NCBI GenBank assembly: GCA_963818965.1
Contig: CAWFUG010000011.1
Span: 160,001-224,000 of the forward strand
Length of the DNA stretch: 64,000 nucleotides
Reading direction: 5' to 3'
Source: an uncultured Verrucomicrobiae bacterium
Lineage (GTDB): Bacteria > Chlamydiota > Chlamydiia > Chlamydiales > Rhabdochlamydiaceae
Shown here: one piece after another, positions 9,838 through 19,140 of the stretch
How the letters are laid out: the number at the start of each line of letters is the position of its first letter
Numbering within the stretch: position 1 is the first letter of the stretch
Made by a program: the position numbers and the translations under genes
The notes under the pieces: model-generated
What the model was told of the DNA's origin: nothing
Seen by the model: only the letters and a program-made list of their open reading frames with translations
Database searches by the model: none

Positions 9838-10560
9838 CTAGGAAATCGTTAAAATTGAACCCGTTCCAACTTTACAAAAGTCTTGCTGATAAGCTTCTTG
9901 AAATTGTCCAATAGCCGACTCTCCAGAACAATGACAGGGTGCTACCTTTTTAACTTGAAGATCCTGAAATTTGGTCACTATTTTTTCAATGAAGCGGCGA
10001 TCTTTTCGAAACAGATGAAATCCTCCTACTACTAAATGGATAGGAGCATTTAGTCTTTCCTGAGCAGCTTCGAGGATCTTTATAATTCCGGGATGTGCAC
10101 AACCAGTAATAATTACAAGTCCTTTCTCCGTTTGGAGAACCAGAGATTGCTCATGTAGAAAAATCCCTCCTTTGAAGACCATGGAAAAGACATTTTTTTC
10201 CACTTCTTGAAAATTTGAGACTTCTTGAATCTGCAAGTTTTGGGGCACCAGCTTAGATGGAAAGCCTTTGGGAAGATAGACTCGACAGTTTTTTTGTAAG
10301 TTTCCAAGAATTTCTCTACACCCTGCAATATGATCATCATGCTTGTGCGAAAACATAACATCCGTAATTGCTCTAAGGTCGATGCCCATTTTTTCTGTAT
10401 TAGAAAAAAAAGCATTCCGATCATTTCCGGTATCGAAAAGCATTTTGCGTTGACCTGTCTCTACAAGGGCAGAAAAGCCCCATCCTTCTCGAAGATCTTT
10501 ACTTTCCTTGCAGTTGTCATAGATGATTTTAATTGTGATCTCTTTCACTCTAATCTCCAC
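9838..10560 (-). CDS. MBL-fold metallo-hydrolase
   Basis: LFDTG, SHKHDDHIAG, TGCAHPG, GGFH, PCHCSG. Confidence 0.9.
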   Translation of the reverse strand: MEIRVKEITIKIIYDNCKESKDLREGWGFSALVETGQRKMLFDTGNDRNAFFSNTEKMGIDLRAITDVMFSHKHDDHIAGCREILGNLQKNCRVYLPKGFPSKLVPQNLQIQEVSNFQEVEKNVFSMVFKGGIFLHEQSLVLQTEKGLVIITGCAHPGIIKILEAAQERLNAPIHLVVGGFHLFRKDRRFIEKIVTKFQDLQVKKVAPCHCSGESAIGQFQEAYQQDFCKVGTGSILTIS

Positions 10561-10668
10561 AAAACCGAACTATCAAAACTTTTTTCAAATGCGTAATATT
10601 CCTGAAAAACTGCTTCAAAAAACCAAGAATTTTCACTCCAAAACACAGAAGAGTTTTCATAAGGAAAA

Positions 10669-10721
10669 TGGGGGCGATTGGACTCGAACCAACGAAGACC
10701 GAAGTCGAGGGATTTACAGTC
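10669..10721 (-). repeat. att site: duplicated 3' part of tRNA-Tyr including the anticodon loop
   Basis: TGGGGGCGATTGGACTCGAACCAACGAAGACCGAAGTCGAGGGATTTACAGTC is identical to 21763-21815. Confidence 0.95.
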
Positions 10722-10835
10722 AGTAGGAATCCAACATCCACACACACGCGCCAACACTTATCAACCTACAATACAACGGGTTATGTTTAGTCCACAGTGG
10801 TTAGTTGTTGAATAAAATTGTTTAAAATAGAGACT

Positions 10836-10857
10836 TGCTGTCCCATCTGTGTCCCAT
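10836..10857 (+). promoter_or_regulatory. putative integrase arm-type binding sites (paired GTCCCAT)
   Basis: TGCTGTCCCATCTGTGTCCCAT is 21/22 identical to 21680-21701. Confidence 0.7.
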
Positions 10858-10870
10858 TGATTATGTTCCA

Positions 10871-11578
10871 TCACAGACTACCGCCACCATCCACGCAAAG
10901 AGTTTGCCCAGTGATGAACCCTGCATCCTCAGAAAGCAAAAACTCGATTGCTGCGGCCACTTCCTTGGGTTTTCCTACTCGGCCCATTGGGATGCGTGCT
11001 AGCAACTCCTTTTCTGCCTCGCTACCAGCAGGGCGGATTGCACGAAACATAACGGTTTCGATAGGACCAGGGGCTACTGCATTAACGGTAATACCTAGTG
11101 GGGCTAATTCAAGAGCCCATACGCGTGTACAACCAATGAGAGCACTTTTCGCAGCTGCGTAACTTGTCCTTCCGGGAACCCCAAAAATCGCTCTAGAGGC
11201 AAGATTGACTATGCGCCCCCAATTGCGATCCTTCATTCTACCAACCAATCCTTGGGTCATTTGAACTGCTGTACGAACATTGATATCATACAGATCTCTC
11301 AAGGAGGCAAGGTCAATGGATCCCAAAGGTTGAGGTCCGCCAGCTCCTACATTATTCACTAGGGCATCCACATGGTAGCGATCTAGAAGTAGCGCAATAA
11401 CACGCTCTGTTTCCTCTTCACTGCTCAAATCGCAAGAGAGGAATTGTCCTGGAAATACCTCTTCCGGTTCTGCGCGCGCAATTCCTATCACGTCGTAACC
11501 CACATTCGCCAGACGTTGGCTTGTAGCCAACCCAATCCCTTTTGAAGCTCCCGTGATGACAACCGTTTTCTTCCCCAT
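10871..11578 (-). CDS. SDR-family oxidoreductase (element cargo)
   Basis: TGASKGIG, NNVG, YAAAK, VAPGPIET. Confidence 0.92.
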   Translation of the reverse strand: MGKKTVVITGASKGIGLATSQRLANVGYDVIGIARAEPEEVFPGQFLSCDLSSEEETERVIALLLDRYHVDALVNNVGAGGPQPLGSIDLASLRDLYDINVRTAVQMTQGLVGRMKDRNWGRIVNLASRAIFGVPGRTSYAAAKSALIGCTRVWALELAPLGITVNAVAPGPIETVMFRAIRPAGSEAEKELLARIPMGRVGKPKEVAAAIEFLLSEDAGFITGQTLCVDGGGSL

Positions 11579-11715
11579 ACAGCCTCTTATCCTTCTCTAT
11601 TTCCCTGATATTGCAAATCTTACATTTCTGAATGTTAAAAATGGAAGATCCTCTAATTATCCCACAGACCATGGGACACATTTAATTGGCGAAAATTCAC
11701 CTACATGCATAAAAG

Positions 11716-12441
11716 TCATGTCATGCGAAGATCAACGGCTTCAATTTTTTCTTCCACCAATTGACCTTGAAGAACCTGCACTCGATAAGCTGCACCCTGA
11801 GCATTTGCTTTGACGACCTTTTCCAACTTTCCATCCAAATAGTGCAATGCAACATGGTCATCAGCTGCAATTCCACTTGCCATGCCTTCTTTGATCATTC
11901 TGTGATAAGCTGGCCGTCTTTCAACCTCACCATCATAATGTGGGCAATGGCTACCCGACAAAAACCCCAAACATTTTAGAGGAGTTAGGAGGCCGGAAAT
12001 AGAATCTGTCACGCCTTCCTCAAACCAACATAATCCACCTGCACTGATTCCACCTAAAACAATACCCTGACTCCAGGCCTTCTTTAGGTAGACATCTAAC
12101 TTCCATTCCTTCCATAAGGCAAGCATGCTTTTGGTATTGCCTCCCCCTACGTAGATGGCATCATGCTCCAAAAGGTAAGATTCAAGATCAGCTGTTGGAG
12201 GATCAAATAAAGAAAGGTGAGACGGCTTACACTCCAATGAACCAAAGGCTCGATAGAAATCTACGATATATTTTAATGACTCACCGCTTGCCGTGGGAAT
12301 AAAGCAAATGCGGGGGCATTTGGTATGAGTTTGTTCGAGGAAATACTTCTCAATCAGTAAATTAGAAGGGATGTATGAACCGTATTTTGAAAATCCACCA
12401 CCACCTTGAATGATGATCTGCTTCTTCAATTCGTTCTCCAT
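11716..12441 (-). CDS. peptidase E (S51 family) (element cargo)
   Basis: FIPTASG, IYVGGGNT, GISAGG nucleophile, CPHY. Confidence 0.88.
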   Translation of the reverse strand: MENELKKQIIIQGGGGFSKYGSYIPSNLLIEKYFLEQTHTKCPRICFIPTASGESLKYIVDFYRAFGSLECKPSHLSLFDPPTADLESYLLEHDAIYVGGGNTKSMLALWKEWKLDVYLKKAWSQGIVLGGISAGGLCWFEEGVTDSISGLLTPLKCLGFLSGSHCPHYDGEVERRPAYHRMIKEGMASGIAADDHVALHYLDGKLEKVVKANAQGAAYRVQVLQGQLVEEKIEAVDLRMT

Positions 12442-12648
12442 TTTGTAAATTTCTCCATAACTACTTATCCCCTTTCCGAAATAGTCTAACAGGCTGCTAG
12501 AGTATTTCGTATCTCCAGATCTCTGTTGTCTCTAAAAATCTTTAGCACAGAGACTGCCCAAGGGCGCGAAAAAAGTCAACCTGTTGAATACTGCTATCCG
12601 ATTCAGTGTCCTAGCAAACGCTCCCTTCTTTTAAAAACACAGGCTTAA

Positions 12649-12670
12649 GAAGGTTCAAAAGGTTCAGAAG
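12649..12670 (+). repeat. iteron-like 22-mer, copy 1 (intergenic)
   Basis: GAAGGTTCAAAAGGTTCAGAAG is 20/22 identical to 16874-16895. Confidence 0.6.
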
Positions 12671-12716
12671 TTTTAGGGGGCTTACCGCAAGATCATGGGT
12701 TGCCTTGCCGAACAAA

Positions 12717-12764
12717 TCAATCGCCGCGGAAGTCCCTGATTAAGGATTTTAAGGCGGCGATTGA
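12717..12764. other. GC-rich hairpin (terminator of the ankyrin gene or primase-recognition site)
   Basis: 11-bp stem TCAATCGCCGC/GCGGCGATTGA. Confidence 0.5.
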
Positions 12765-12794
12765 CCAGGTAGGATGAGGTTTATGGAGCTACTT

Positions 12795-13682
12795 TTAACC
12801 CCTAGCACCATGTTGTAGAAGATATTGAACGATTTCTATTTTGCCAATTGCTTGATTAAGGGGTGTGGCATGTTCAACACCTTGACGATTTATTGATTTA
12901 TTAATACTTGCTCCCGATTCTACCAAGAATTTAACTAGGGAAAGATTCTCCAAATGTACAGCTAATATCAACGGGGTGCTTTGCTCCTTTCCACCCGATT
13001 TTTGGACTTCATTTATATCTGCCCCTTTTTTCAGAAGGAGTTCTAACATTGTCATATCTCTTGTAGTGTGAGCGACACAAAGAGCCTTCATTAGTGGGCT
13101 TTCATAATTATTGGAATAATGTATATCGGCTCCCTTATCGATCATTAAAAGAGCAACGTCTGTCCACTGCTGGTCGTTTTGACGCCGTCGGAACTCCATC
13201 GCTTGTAAGAGAGCTGTATGATCTCCATATTTATTTTTTATAATAACATTTACGTCCGCACCATGCTTGACCAATAATTTTGCCGCAATAGGGTCTTTCA
13301 TATTGAACGCTAGTTCCAATAAACTCATGTTATTCCATCTTGTAGTTGGATGAGGATTAGCACCATGAGACAGCAAAAGCCCAACTGTATCTGTGGATTT
13401 ATTCAGAATTGCCATTGTCAAAGGTGTCATTCCATTTTCATCGGGATAATCAACGTTCACCCCATGCGCAAGTAAGAAAGTAATAACTTCTGGCGCGTTT
13501 TCTAAAATTGCCTTGTGAATAAGTGTATTGGGATCAATTTCTTTTCGCACCACCTGCCATTGCAATGCACCTATTTCGTATTGATATGACAACGTGGTAT
13601 CGGATGTTTTATGGCAGGCATTTAAAGAAAAAGCAAATACAGAAAGGGCAGTAATCAATGATAATTTCAACTTCACAAACAC
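12795..13682 (-). CDS. ankyrin-repeat protein with signal peptide (element cargo)
   Basis: Several TPL..A and LL..GAD(V/I)N repeats; N-terminal hydrophobic leader ending LNAC. Confidence 0.9.
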   Translation of the reverse strand: MFVKLKLSLITALSVFAFSLNACHKTSDTTLSYQYEIGALQWQVVRKEIDPNTLIHKAILENAPEVITFLLAHGVNVDYPDENGMTPLTMAILNKSTDTVGLLLSHGANPHPTTRWNNMSLLELAFNMKDPIAAKLLVKHGADVNVIIKNKYGDHTALLQAMEFRRRQNDQQWTDVALLMIDKGADIHYSNNYESPLMKALCVAHTTRDMTMLELLLKKGADINEVQKSGGKEQSTPLILAVHLENLSLVKFLVESGASINKSINRQGVEHATPLNQAIGKIEIVQYLLQHGARG

Positions 13683-13768
13683 CTCTTAAAATTTAGGGTT
13701 AAAGTGAATGAATTATGCAATTCAATGTATTTCAATTCTTCAAAAATAATTCCTTTGCATCAAACAAG

Positions 13769-14011
13769 CTACACAAGATTGTTCTTCGAGTTCTTCAAAA
13801 TCATTCGAACTTTTTTTATTTCAGCAAGTGTCTCAGCTGAGTAAAATCCGTGCTTCGTGTTCGCCTCTTTTATGCGGGATCGTCCTACTTCGGTTTTTGC
13901 GCCCGTACATTTCCCTCCATGAAGCCGGCATCTTCCGTTGGCCATTGCTGGCTGCCGACACGGTTTATACTGATTAGTTCTGGCTTTAGCTCTGCATTTT
14001 GTGACGAACAT
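13769..14011 (-). CDS. HGGxSTG-domain protein
   Basis: CRAKAR..PCRQPAMANGRCRLHGGKCTGAKT..KHGFYS. Confidence 0.85.
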   Translation of the reverse strand: MFVTKCRAKARTNQYKPCRQPAMANGRCRLHGGKCTGAKTEVGRSRIKEANTKHGFYSAETLAEIKKVRMILKNSKNNLV

Positions 14012-14045
14012 GGGTTATCTCCCGTTTTTATTGATTACCCCCCCC

Positions 14046-14636
14046 TTATACTGGAAATTGTCCGACTACCGCCTTCGCTTGATCTGACAAATTTATCTGC
14101 TGATGTTGGACTATAACACGTTGCTCTCCTCCTCTACGGTATCGACTCAGAGCTTCTATAGTTTCATTGTGCAGTCTGAGTAATTTCGTCGCTAAATTCC
14201 CATAGCATTGCATATGCTCAAGGCATTTTGCGTCTTCCAACTTACTTAAATACGACATCCCCTGAGAATAAAGAGCCGTAGCTTTCGTTATCAAGCTAGC
14301 TTCTACTGAGTCCTTTGGTTTCATGTCGTTCAGTGATTGTAGTATTACATTCAGCTTGTCTTCAGAAGAAGAAGTCGATGTTTTAACCGCGATAACCCCT
14401 CTTGTGAGGATATGCCGAGCAAGATCGAAATCTTTAACTCCAACCACAAAATTAAGTGGATTTATTCCATTTTCCTGAATGCTAGGGTCCATAACATAAC
14501 GGTCTTTTCCTTGCTCATCCTTCCAGAGTTTGATAGGAGTTGATTCTATAGTTGGTGGCTCTATCTTCGGAGGACCCGCCTGTTTTTGCATCTCGACAAC
14601 CTTCTCGACCGTTGACTTTTCCTTTTTCTTTCCCAT
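14046..14636 (-). CDS. conserved hypothetical protein of a type often found beside HGGxSTG genes
   Basis: PKDSVEA..; C-terminal EALSRYRRGGEQRVIVQH..QAKAVVG; starts 2 bp after the helicase stop. Confidence 0.65.
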   Translation of the reverse strand: MGKKKEKSTVEKVVEMQKQAGPPKIEPPTIESTPIKLWKDEQGKDRYVMDPSIQENGINPLNFVVGVKDFDLARHILTRGVIAVKTSTSSSEDKLNVILQSLNDMKPKDSVEASLITKATALYSQGMSYLSKLEDAKCLEHMQCYGNLATKLLRLHNETIEALSRYRRGGEQRVIVQHQQINLSDQAKAVVGQFPV

Positions 14637-14638
14637 TT

Positions 14639-16330
14639 TTAATCTCTCTTAACTGTACTTATTATTTTAGCAGCTTGAATCTTTGTAATACCTGGATCAA
14701 ATGTAATACCGTGCGAGCTCAGACAATACCGCTGCTTATCAGTCGCAGGCTCATTGATTTTTCTATCGAGCATGACTGATGCTTCTCCGCTGGTGATTCC
14801 CGTGTCAAATTGAATCCCGAACTTCTGCAACGTCTCGACCTGCTTGCAAGTCGCTGGTTTCGCTCTCCAAAATGCATCTTTTCTAGCCCATACCCCACGT
14901 GTTGTTTGACCTCTTGCCCAATCCTCAGCTATTCCCATGGCGTAATTAAGAGGAAGCCGCCTATCACTTAACGGGACCGTAAGACCATCGGAATGAGCAA
15001 ACACGCGAAATCCGCACTTATCTCTCCTAACCCAAACATCTCGCTGAGTCGTCAAACTCAAGTGCCACGAATTTCCGACAGGAACCCACGCAAATTCAGA
15101 TCTTCCGAAGAATTCTATGTCTTCCACTCGTTCGGCAACAACCCTAACGCTATAAGCAGCCTTATTCACCACCATCTCACGTTCATCAAGGGGATCACAC
15201 TGCTCACAAAACTCATCGCGCTCTAGCTCATCTAATGCAGAAATAGCACCATCGAGCGTATTTTGGAAGGAACATAGGTTATGACGGGTCGAATTGTCGC
15301 AAAAATCCAGAATCAGACAGTCTTTTTTAAGCGGATGGATCCGAGTCCCTCGACCGACCATTTGCGTGTAGAGAGCTTCCGATGCAGTAGGACGTGCGAG
15401 AATTACGCAATCGATCCCCTCCTCATCGAACCCCTCTGTCAGCACTGAGCAATTCGTCAAAACCCTAATTTTACCATCGGAGAATTCTTGTAGTACTCGC
15501 CTTCGACCTTCTTTAGGCATATTACCATAAACAGGCGCAGAATCAATCCCGCTGCGCGCAAAGGCATCAGCGAGATCTTTTGTGTGCTGCACATCGGCGC
15601 AGAACACAATCACCTTTCCACGACCTCCACCAAACTCCTGGAACTTCTCCACGATCAGAGAATTTCGTTCGGGTGTATTAATCGCCATCGAGAGCTGTCC
15701 AGAAATAAAGTCGCCTCTGGACATACTCACACCCCTCAGATCGGTTTTTGTTATAATCCTTCGCCCAACTAATGGACTGAGATAACCCGCTCCAATCATT
15801 GTGCTAATGGAACGTTTGAAGGTAATTTCTTCAAAAATGGAGCCCAGCCCGACGCCATCCCCTCGTCTTGGCGTCGCCGTAACGCCTATCAGGAGTTTTT
15901 GCGGATTCCCATTCATAAACCCAAGTTCTCCTACTATTTTTCGATAACTTGGAGCAGCTGCGTGATGCGCTTCGTCGATTATCAGAAGATCAAACCCCTG
16001 TTTCGCAATAGACTGAAGACGTCTGTCTCTGCACACTGTTTGAATCGATCCAACGACGACCTGAGCGTTGACCTCATCCAATAATGCTCTAACAATCCCG
16101 ACTGAAGCCTCCGGCCAAATCATTTTTAGTTTATCTCGCGCCTGTGTGAGAAGCTCATCACGATGAGCGATGATTAGCGTTCGGCATTGGAATTGCTTAG
16201 CGGCGAGAGAAAAGATTACCGTCTTTCCTGTTCCCGTCGGCATTGAGACGAGTTGGCGCGTTACCCCTTTTGAGCGGCGATCGAGGACGGCGTCGAGGCA
16301 TTCAGTTTGGTATGGTCTAGGGGTTATCAT
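14639..16330 (-). CDS. SF2 DEAD/DEAH-box helicase (ResIII/Irc3-like)
   Basis: PRPYQ, MPTGTGKT, IDEAHH, TATP, LTEGFD, QMVGRGTR. Confidence 0.92.
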   Translation of the reverse strand: MITPRPYQTECLDAVLDRRSKGVTRQLVSMPTGTGKTVIFSLAAKQFQCRTLIIAHRDELLTQARDKLKMIWPEASVGIVRALLDEVNAQVVVGSIQTVCRDRRLQSIAKQGFDLLIIDEAHHAAAPSYRKIVGELGFMNGNPQKLLIGVTATPRRGDGVGLGSIFEEITFKRSISTMIGAGYLSPLVGRRIITKTDLRGVSMSRGDFISGQLSMAINTPERNSLIVEKFQEFGGGRGKVIVFCADVQHTKDLADAFARSGIDSAPVYGNMPKEGRRRVLQEFSDGKIRVLTNCSVLTEGFDEEGIDCVILARPTASEALYTQMVGRGTRIHPLKKDCLILDFCDNSTRHNLCSFQNTLDGAISALDELERDEFCEQCDPLDEREMVVNKAAYSVRVVAERVEDIEFFGRSEFAWVPVGNSWHLSLTTQRDVWVRRDKCGFRVFAHSDGLTVPLSDRRLPLNYAMGIAEDWARGQTTRGVWARKDAFWRAKPATCKQVETLQKFGIQFDTGITSGEASVMLDRKINEPATDKQRYCLSSHGITFDPGITKIQAAKIISTVKRD

Positions 16331-18759
16331 TTCTGCCCCCGGAGGTTAGGATGAATGTGAATTTTCTTTGATGGGTGGCCTCCAGTTTTCAGCACTTCGA
16401 CTTTAACCCAACCAAACTCCTCCAAGATCTTAATAGCCTTTTCTACTTTTTCAGAATTATCAAGGTGCATCCAATGCTTCCCGTGATAAACATCGCGAAG
16501 AGAGAATCCATTGATTAAGACGCCACTCCTGATGCGAGCCAAAAGAGCCCTGGCAGAATCCATACTGGGATCTTCCCGAGAAGCATAAAGCCGCCTAGCA
16601 TGCGTTTCTAAGTACCGGCACCATTGAATAGCTTGGTGAATAGATGGAACGTCGACCGCTTCCAGGCGGTTCCCCCTCCCTAGTGTTTCAACAAGGTATG
16701 CAATGAGAGCTAACGTCGGCACCAAAGACCTATATTTTGCTAAATGACTCTCCAATGAAGGCTCTAAGTCTCCGCTAAGCAATCGTTGCTCAAGGGACGT
16801 TCGCCATTCATCGAACAAGACCTGCGCCTCAGGAGAAAATCGAACCTTTAATGTTTCAAAAGACCCGTCAGAGGAGGGTTCAAAAGGTTCAAAAGAATCA
16901 ATCTGATGAAAAACTCTGATTGCCTGCTCGCGCGCCTCCAGATCAGGGGAGCGATCAACATTCTTCCACTGCTTTTGAACATCGGGCCAGACAAGAAGCT
17001 GGAAGCGCTGCAAAAAACCGTCATCACCCGCGCCTCCGGACATGGTCTGGTTAACATACGACCCCAAAGGACCCGGCTGGATACCGCCTATGATCGACAC
17101 GCAAAGAGCTGGTATATTCAAAGTTCCCCTTCCGATGCGATCGACGGTATAAGGGCCATCTCCATTCCAAGATTCGAGAAAAAAGGCCCTGTCTCCTTCG
17201 CGGCCATATTTATCAAAACTTTTAAACCAACCGACTAATTCGTCTCGATGAATAAGAATGCCTTGAGGATTTTTAAGCAATATTTCCCCAATTTTCTCAA
17301 CAGTAGCATCCTCTGTCTTGTATCTTTTAGGAACAGGTTCGACTAACTCATCAAGCGGCTCTAAAATAGGCATTTCAGACCCCTTCGCAGCTTTCTTCAT
17401 CTGTTCTTTTTGAATGTTTTTCTTTGCATCAACCCACATTACCTGTTGCTCATACCCCTTCATATCCTCGCGGTGCTTCTGGAGAGCCTTTTCAGCAAGT
17501 TTTTCTAAGGGTTTCACGATCTCTGCAATTGCTGGAGATTTTAATAGAGAGGGCTTACCCACCACCGCTCCCCAAAGATTTGGAATCACGAGCCAATCAT
17601 CCTGGGCCTTGGGGTGAATGCCAATCTTTCTCCCTATCAAAGATCCAAGCACCACCATACATGTAGACGCCAGGAAGTCAGGAGGAACCTGCATCCTTTC
17701 CGCAATATCCATAATCCATGGGCGTAAAGCTTCTGGGAGTAATGCTTCCTGAAATGGAGCAACAGGGAGGAATTCCTTCTTGAGCTCTAGTGGCTCCTCC
17801 CACTTTTCTTCTAGGCCTAAAAAACTACGTAAGTCATCAATCCCTTTTTCTTCGCAATGGGAATGTTGACACTTAAAACCACTCCCCTTGAACCCATTGG
17901 TGTACGGCTCAAAATAGGCAGTTCCTTCATCTCCCGTCGTATGAGTATTACGCCAAGGACATAAAATATCCCATCCCCCTAGTTTATTGGGGAGGGGGAG
18001 CTTCAACATATTGAGATTCCTCAACTCTTGCAGGATCGGATCAAGCGAATGGTCTCTGCGGTCTTTCTCTTGAGTTGCCCGTTTCAATAGATCAATTTCA
18101 AAGGCTTTTAAAAAATCTGAAGCGCTGTACGATAGTGCATCTGAATGCTCTATGACCTTAACCAAACAAGGTTCGTCCTTTCGATGAAAAAATCCCGGCA
18201 ATCGCATTACTCGGGGAAGATCATGAACAGCGGGATCGGCACTGAATCGCTGTATCAAAGCCTTCTGAACAGGAGTAAACTTCTCTAGGGTCAACCCCTC
18301 CACTAACCAATAAGCATGGTAACGTCCTGGACTTGATTCGACAATGATATGAGGAGATAATGGGCCCGATTGTACGGGGGCAATCGGCGCACCATCCAAA
18401 TCCACAAAAACGGCACGCACCTTGACGATGTTTTTCGCCTGCCTTCCCTTAAGATCTGTCGCATTGACCGTGTAGAAAACCCCCGCGCCACGTTCATTCA
18501 AATCGTTAAGAATTTCACGATGTTCCTCAAGGGTCCCATGCAAAATTCGCACAAGTTCAGGATTTTTCCTCTTGTTTATGTCGTCAAATGTTTGAAAGGT
18601 ATGCCGCTCATCCCCCGCGATCCATTTCAAAAATTGAAACGCATCAGGGTTGCTGATTTTGTGTAAAGCCGTTATATTTGGAACATGAGGATGTTCTTCC
18701 TTTGATGGAGCTGATTCCCGCCAAGGTGCAGCTCCTTCGTTTTTTTCAAGTTCTCTCAT
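16327..18759 (-). CDS. RepB-type (AEP) primase + Cys/His Zn-binding segment + DUF3987/YfjI helicase-like fusion
   Basis: FVDLDG, VESSPGRYHAYW, DLPRVMRLPG; CPWRNTH..CQHSHC; GKPSLLKSPA, DATVEK, RDEL, DRIGRG, GGIQP, DGFLQRF; AGGAGG RBS. Confidence 0.88.
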   Translation of the reverse strand: MRELEKNEGAAPWRESAPSKEEHPHVPNITALHKISNPDAFQFLKWIAGDERHTFQTFDDINKRKNPELVRILHGTLEEHREILNDLNERGAGVFYTVNATDLKGRQAKNIVKVRAVFVDLDGAPIAPVQSGPLSPHIIVESSPGRYHAYWLVEGLTLEKFTPVQKALIQRFSADPAVHDLPRVMRLPGFFHRKDEPCLVKVIEHSDALSYSASDFLKAFEIDLLKRATQEKDRRDHSLDPILQELRNLNMLKLPLPNKLGGWDILCPWRNTHTTGDEGTAYFEPYTNGFKGSGFKCQHSHCEEKGIDDLRSFLGLEEKWEEPLELKKEFLPVAPFQEALLPEALRPWIMDIAERMQVPPDFLASTCMVVLGSLIGRKIGIHPKAQDDWLVIPNLWGAVVGKPSLLKSPAIAEIVKPLEKLAEKALQKHREDMKGYEQQVMWVDAKKNIQKEQMKKAAKGSEMPILEPLDELVEPVPKRYKTEDATVEKIGEILLKNPQGILIHRDELVGWFKSFDKYGREGDRAFFLESWNGDGPYTVDRIGRGTLNIPALCVSIIGGIQPGPLGSYVNQTMSGGAGDDGFLQRFQLLVWPDVQKQWKNVDRSPDLEAREQAIRVFHQIDSFEPFEPSSDGSFETLKVRFSPEAQVLFDEWRTSLEQRLLSGDLEPSLESHLAKYRSLVPTLALIAYLVETLGRGNRLEAVDVPSIHQAIQWCRYLETHARRLYASREDPSMDSARALLARIRSGVLINGFSLRDVYHGKHWMHLDNSEKVEKAIKILEEFGWVKVEVLKTGGHPSKKIHIHPNLRGQK
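16874..16895 (+). repeat. iteron-like 22-mer, copy 2 (inside the primase-helicase gene, encodes FEPFEP)
   Basis: GAGGGTTCAAAAGGTTCAAAAG is the exact reverse complement of 20537-20558. Confidence 0.7.
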
Positions 18760-18970
18760 GTTGACCTCCTCTTTTATTCTCCTCTAACCATGAAAAGAAA
18801 AGTCGTGGCGATATTAAAAGTTTTCGTTTTCCAAGCCTGCGCACAAAACAGTCGGCCCCGTTAAATTTGGAGTTAAATAAAATCCATCTCAAGCTACCTA
18901 CACTTACAATAGACGAATACTGCTGGCAAAAATCCTTAATCGTCAAAAACTGCGCTTCATCAAAAGACAT
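18746..18970 (-). CDS. small DNA-binding protein (excisionase/AlpA-like)
   Basis: FLTIKDFC..SLRWILF..RRLGKRKLLISP..FFSWLE winged-helix pattern; GAGG RBS before ATG at 18970; overlaps the primase start. Confidence 0.7.
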   Translation of the reverse strand: MSFDEAQFLTIKDFCQQYSSIVSVGSLRWILFNSKFNGADCFVRRLGKRKLLISPRLFFSWLEENKRGGQHERT

Positions 18971-19140
18971 AATCAACCTCACTTTAGTTAAAACTATCTG
19001 AAGCAATATGCCCCAGACCTTGTTCACTATTTACATCTTAACTAATTAATTATCAACAACTTTAGAATATTTTTTAATAACACTTAAACCAAACTCTTCC
19101 CCCAAGAAAATTACACTAGATTTTCAAAAATGGGGTCGAA

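Noticed and set aside
9634..9852. 72-aa ORF as a toxin partner of the HTH gene
   Set aside because: No recognisable toxin motif; Lys-rich and overlapping the convergent gene end.
10669..10721. Second tRNA-Tyr gene
   Set aside because: Only the 3' 53 nt are present, with no D-arm or 5' acceptor strand; it is the att duplication.
12481..12590. IS end remnant (AACAGGCTG...CAACCTGTT)
   Set aside because: The match is short and imperfect, with no transposase or second copy to support it.
14639..16330. Type III restriction or anti-phage helicase system
   Set aside because: No methyltransferase or nuclease domain nearby; the gene overlaps the primase stop, so a replication role is more likely.
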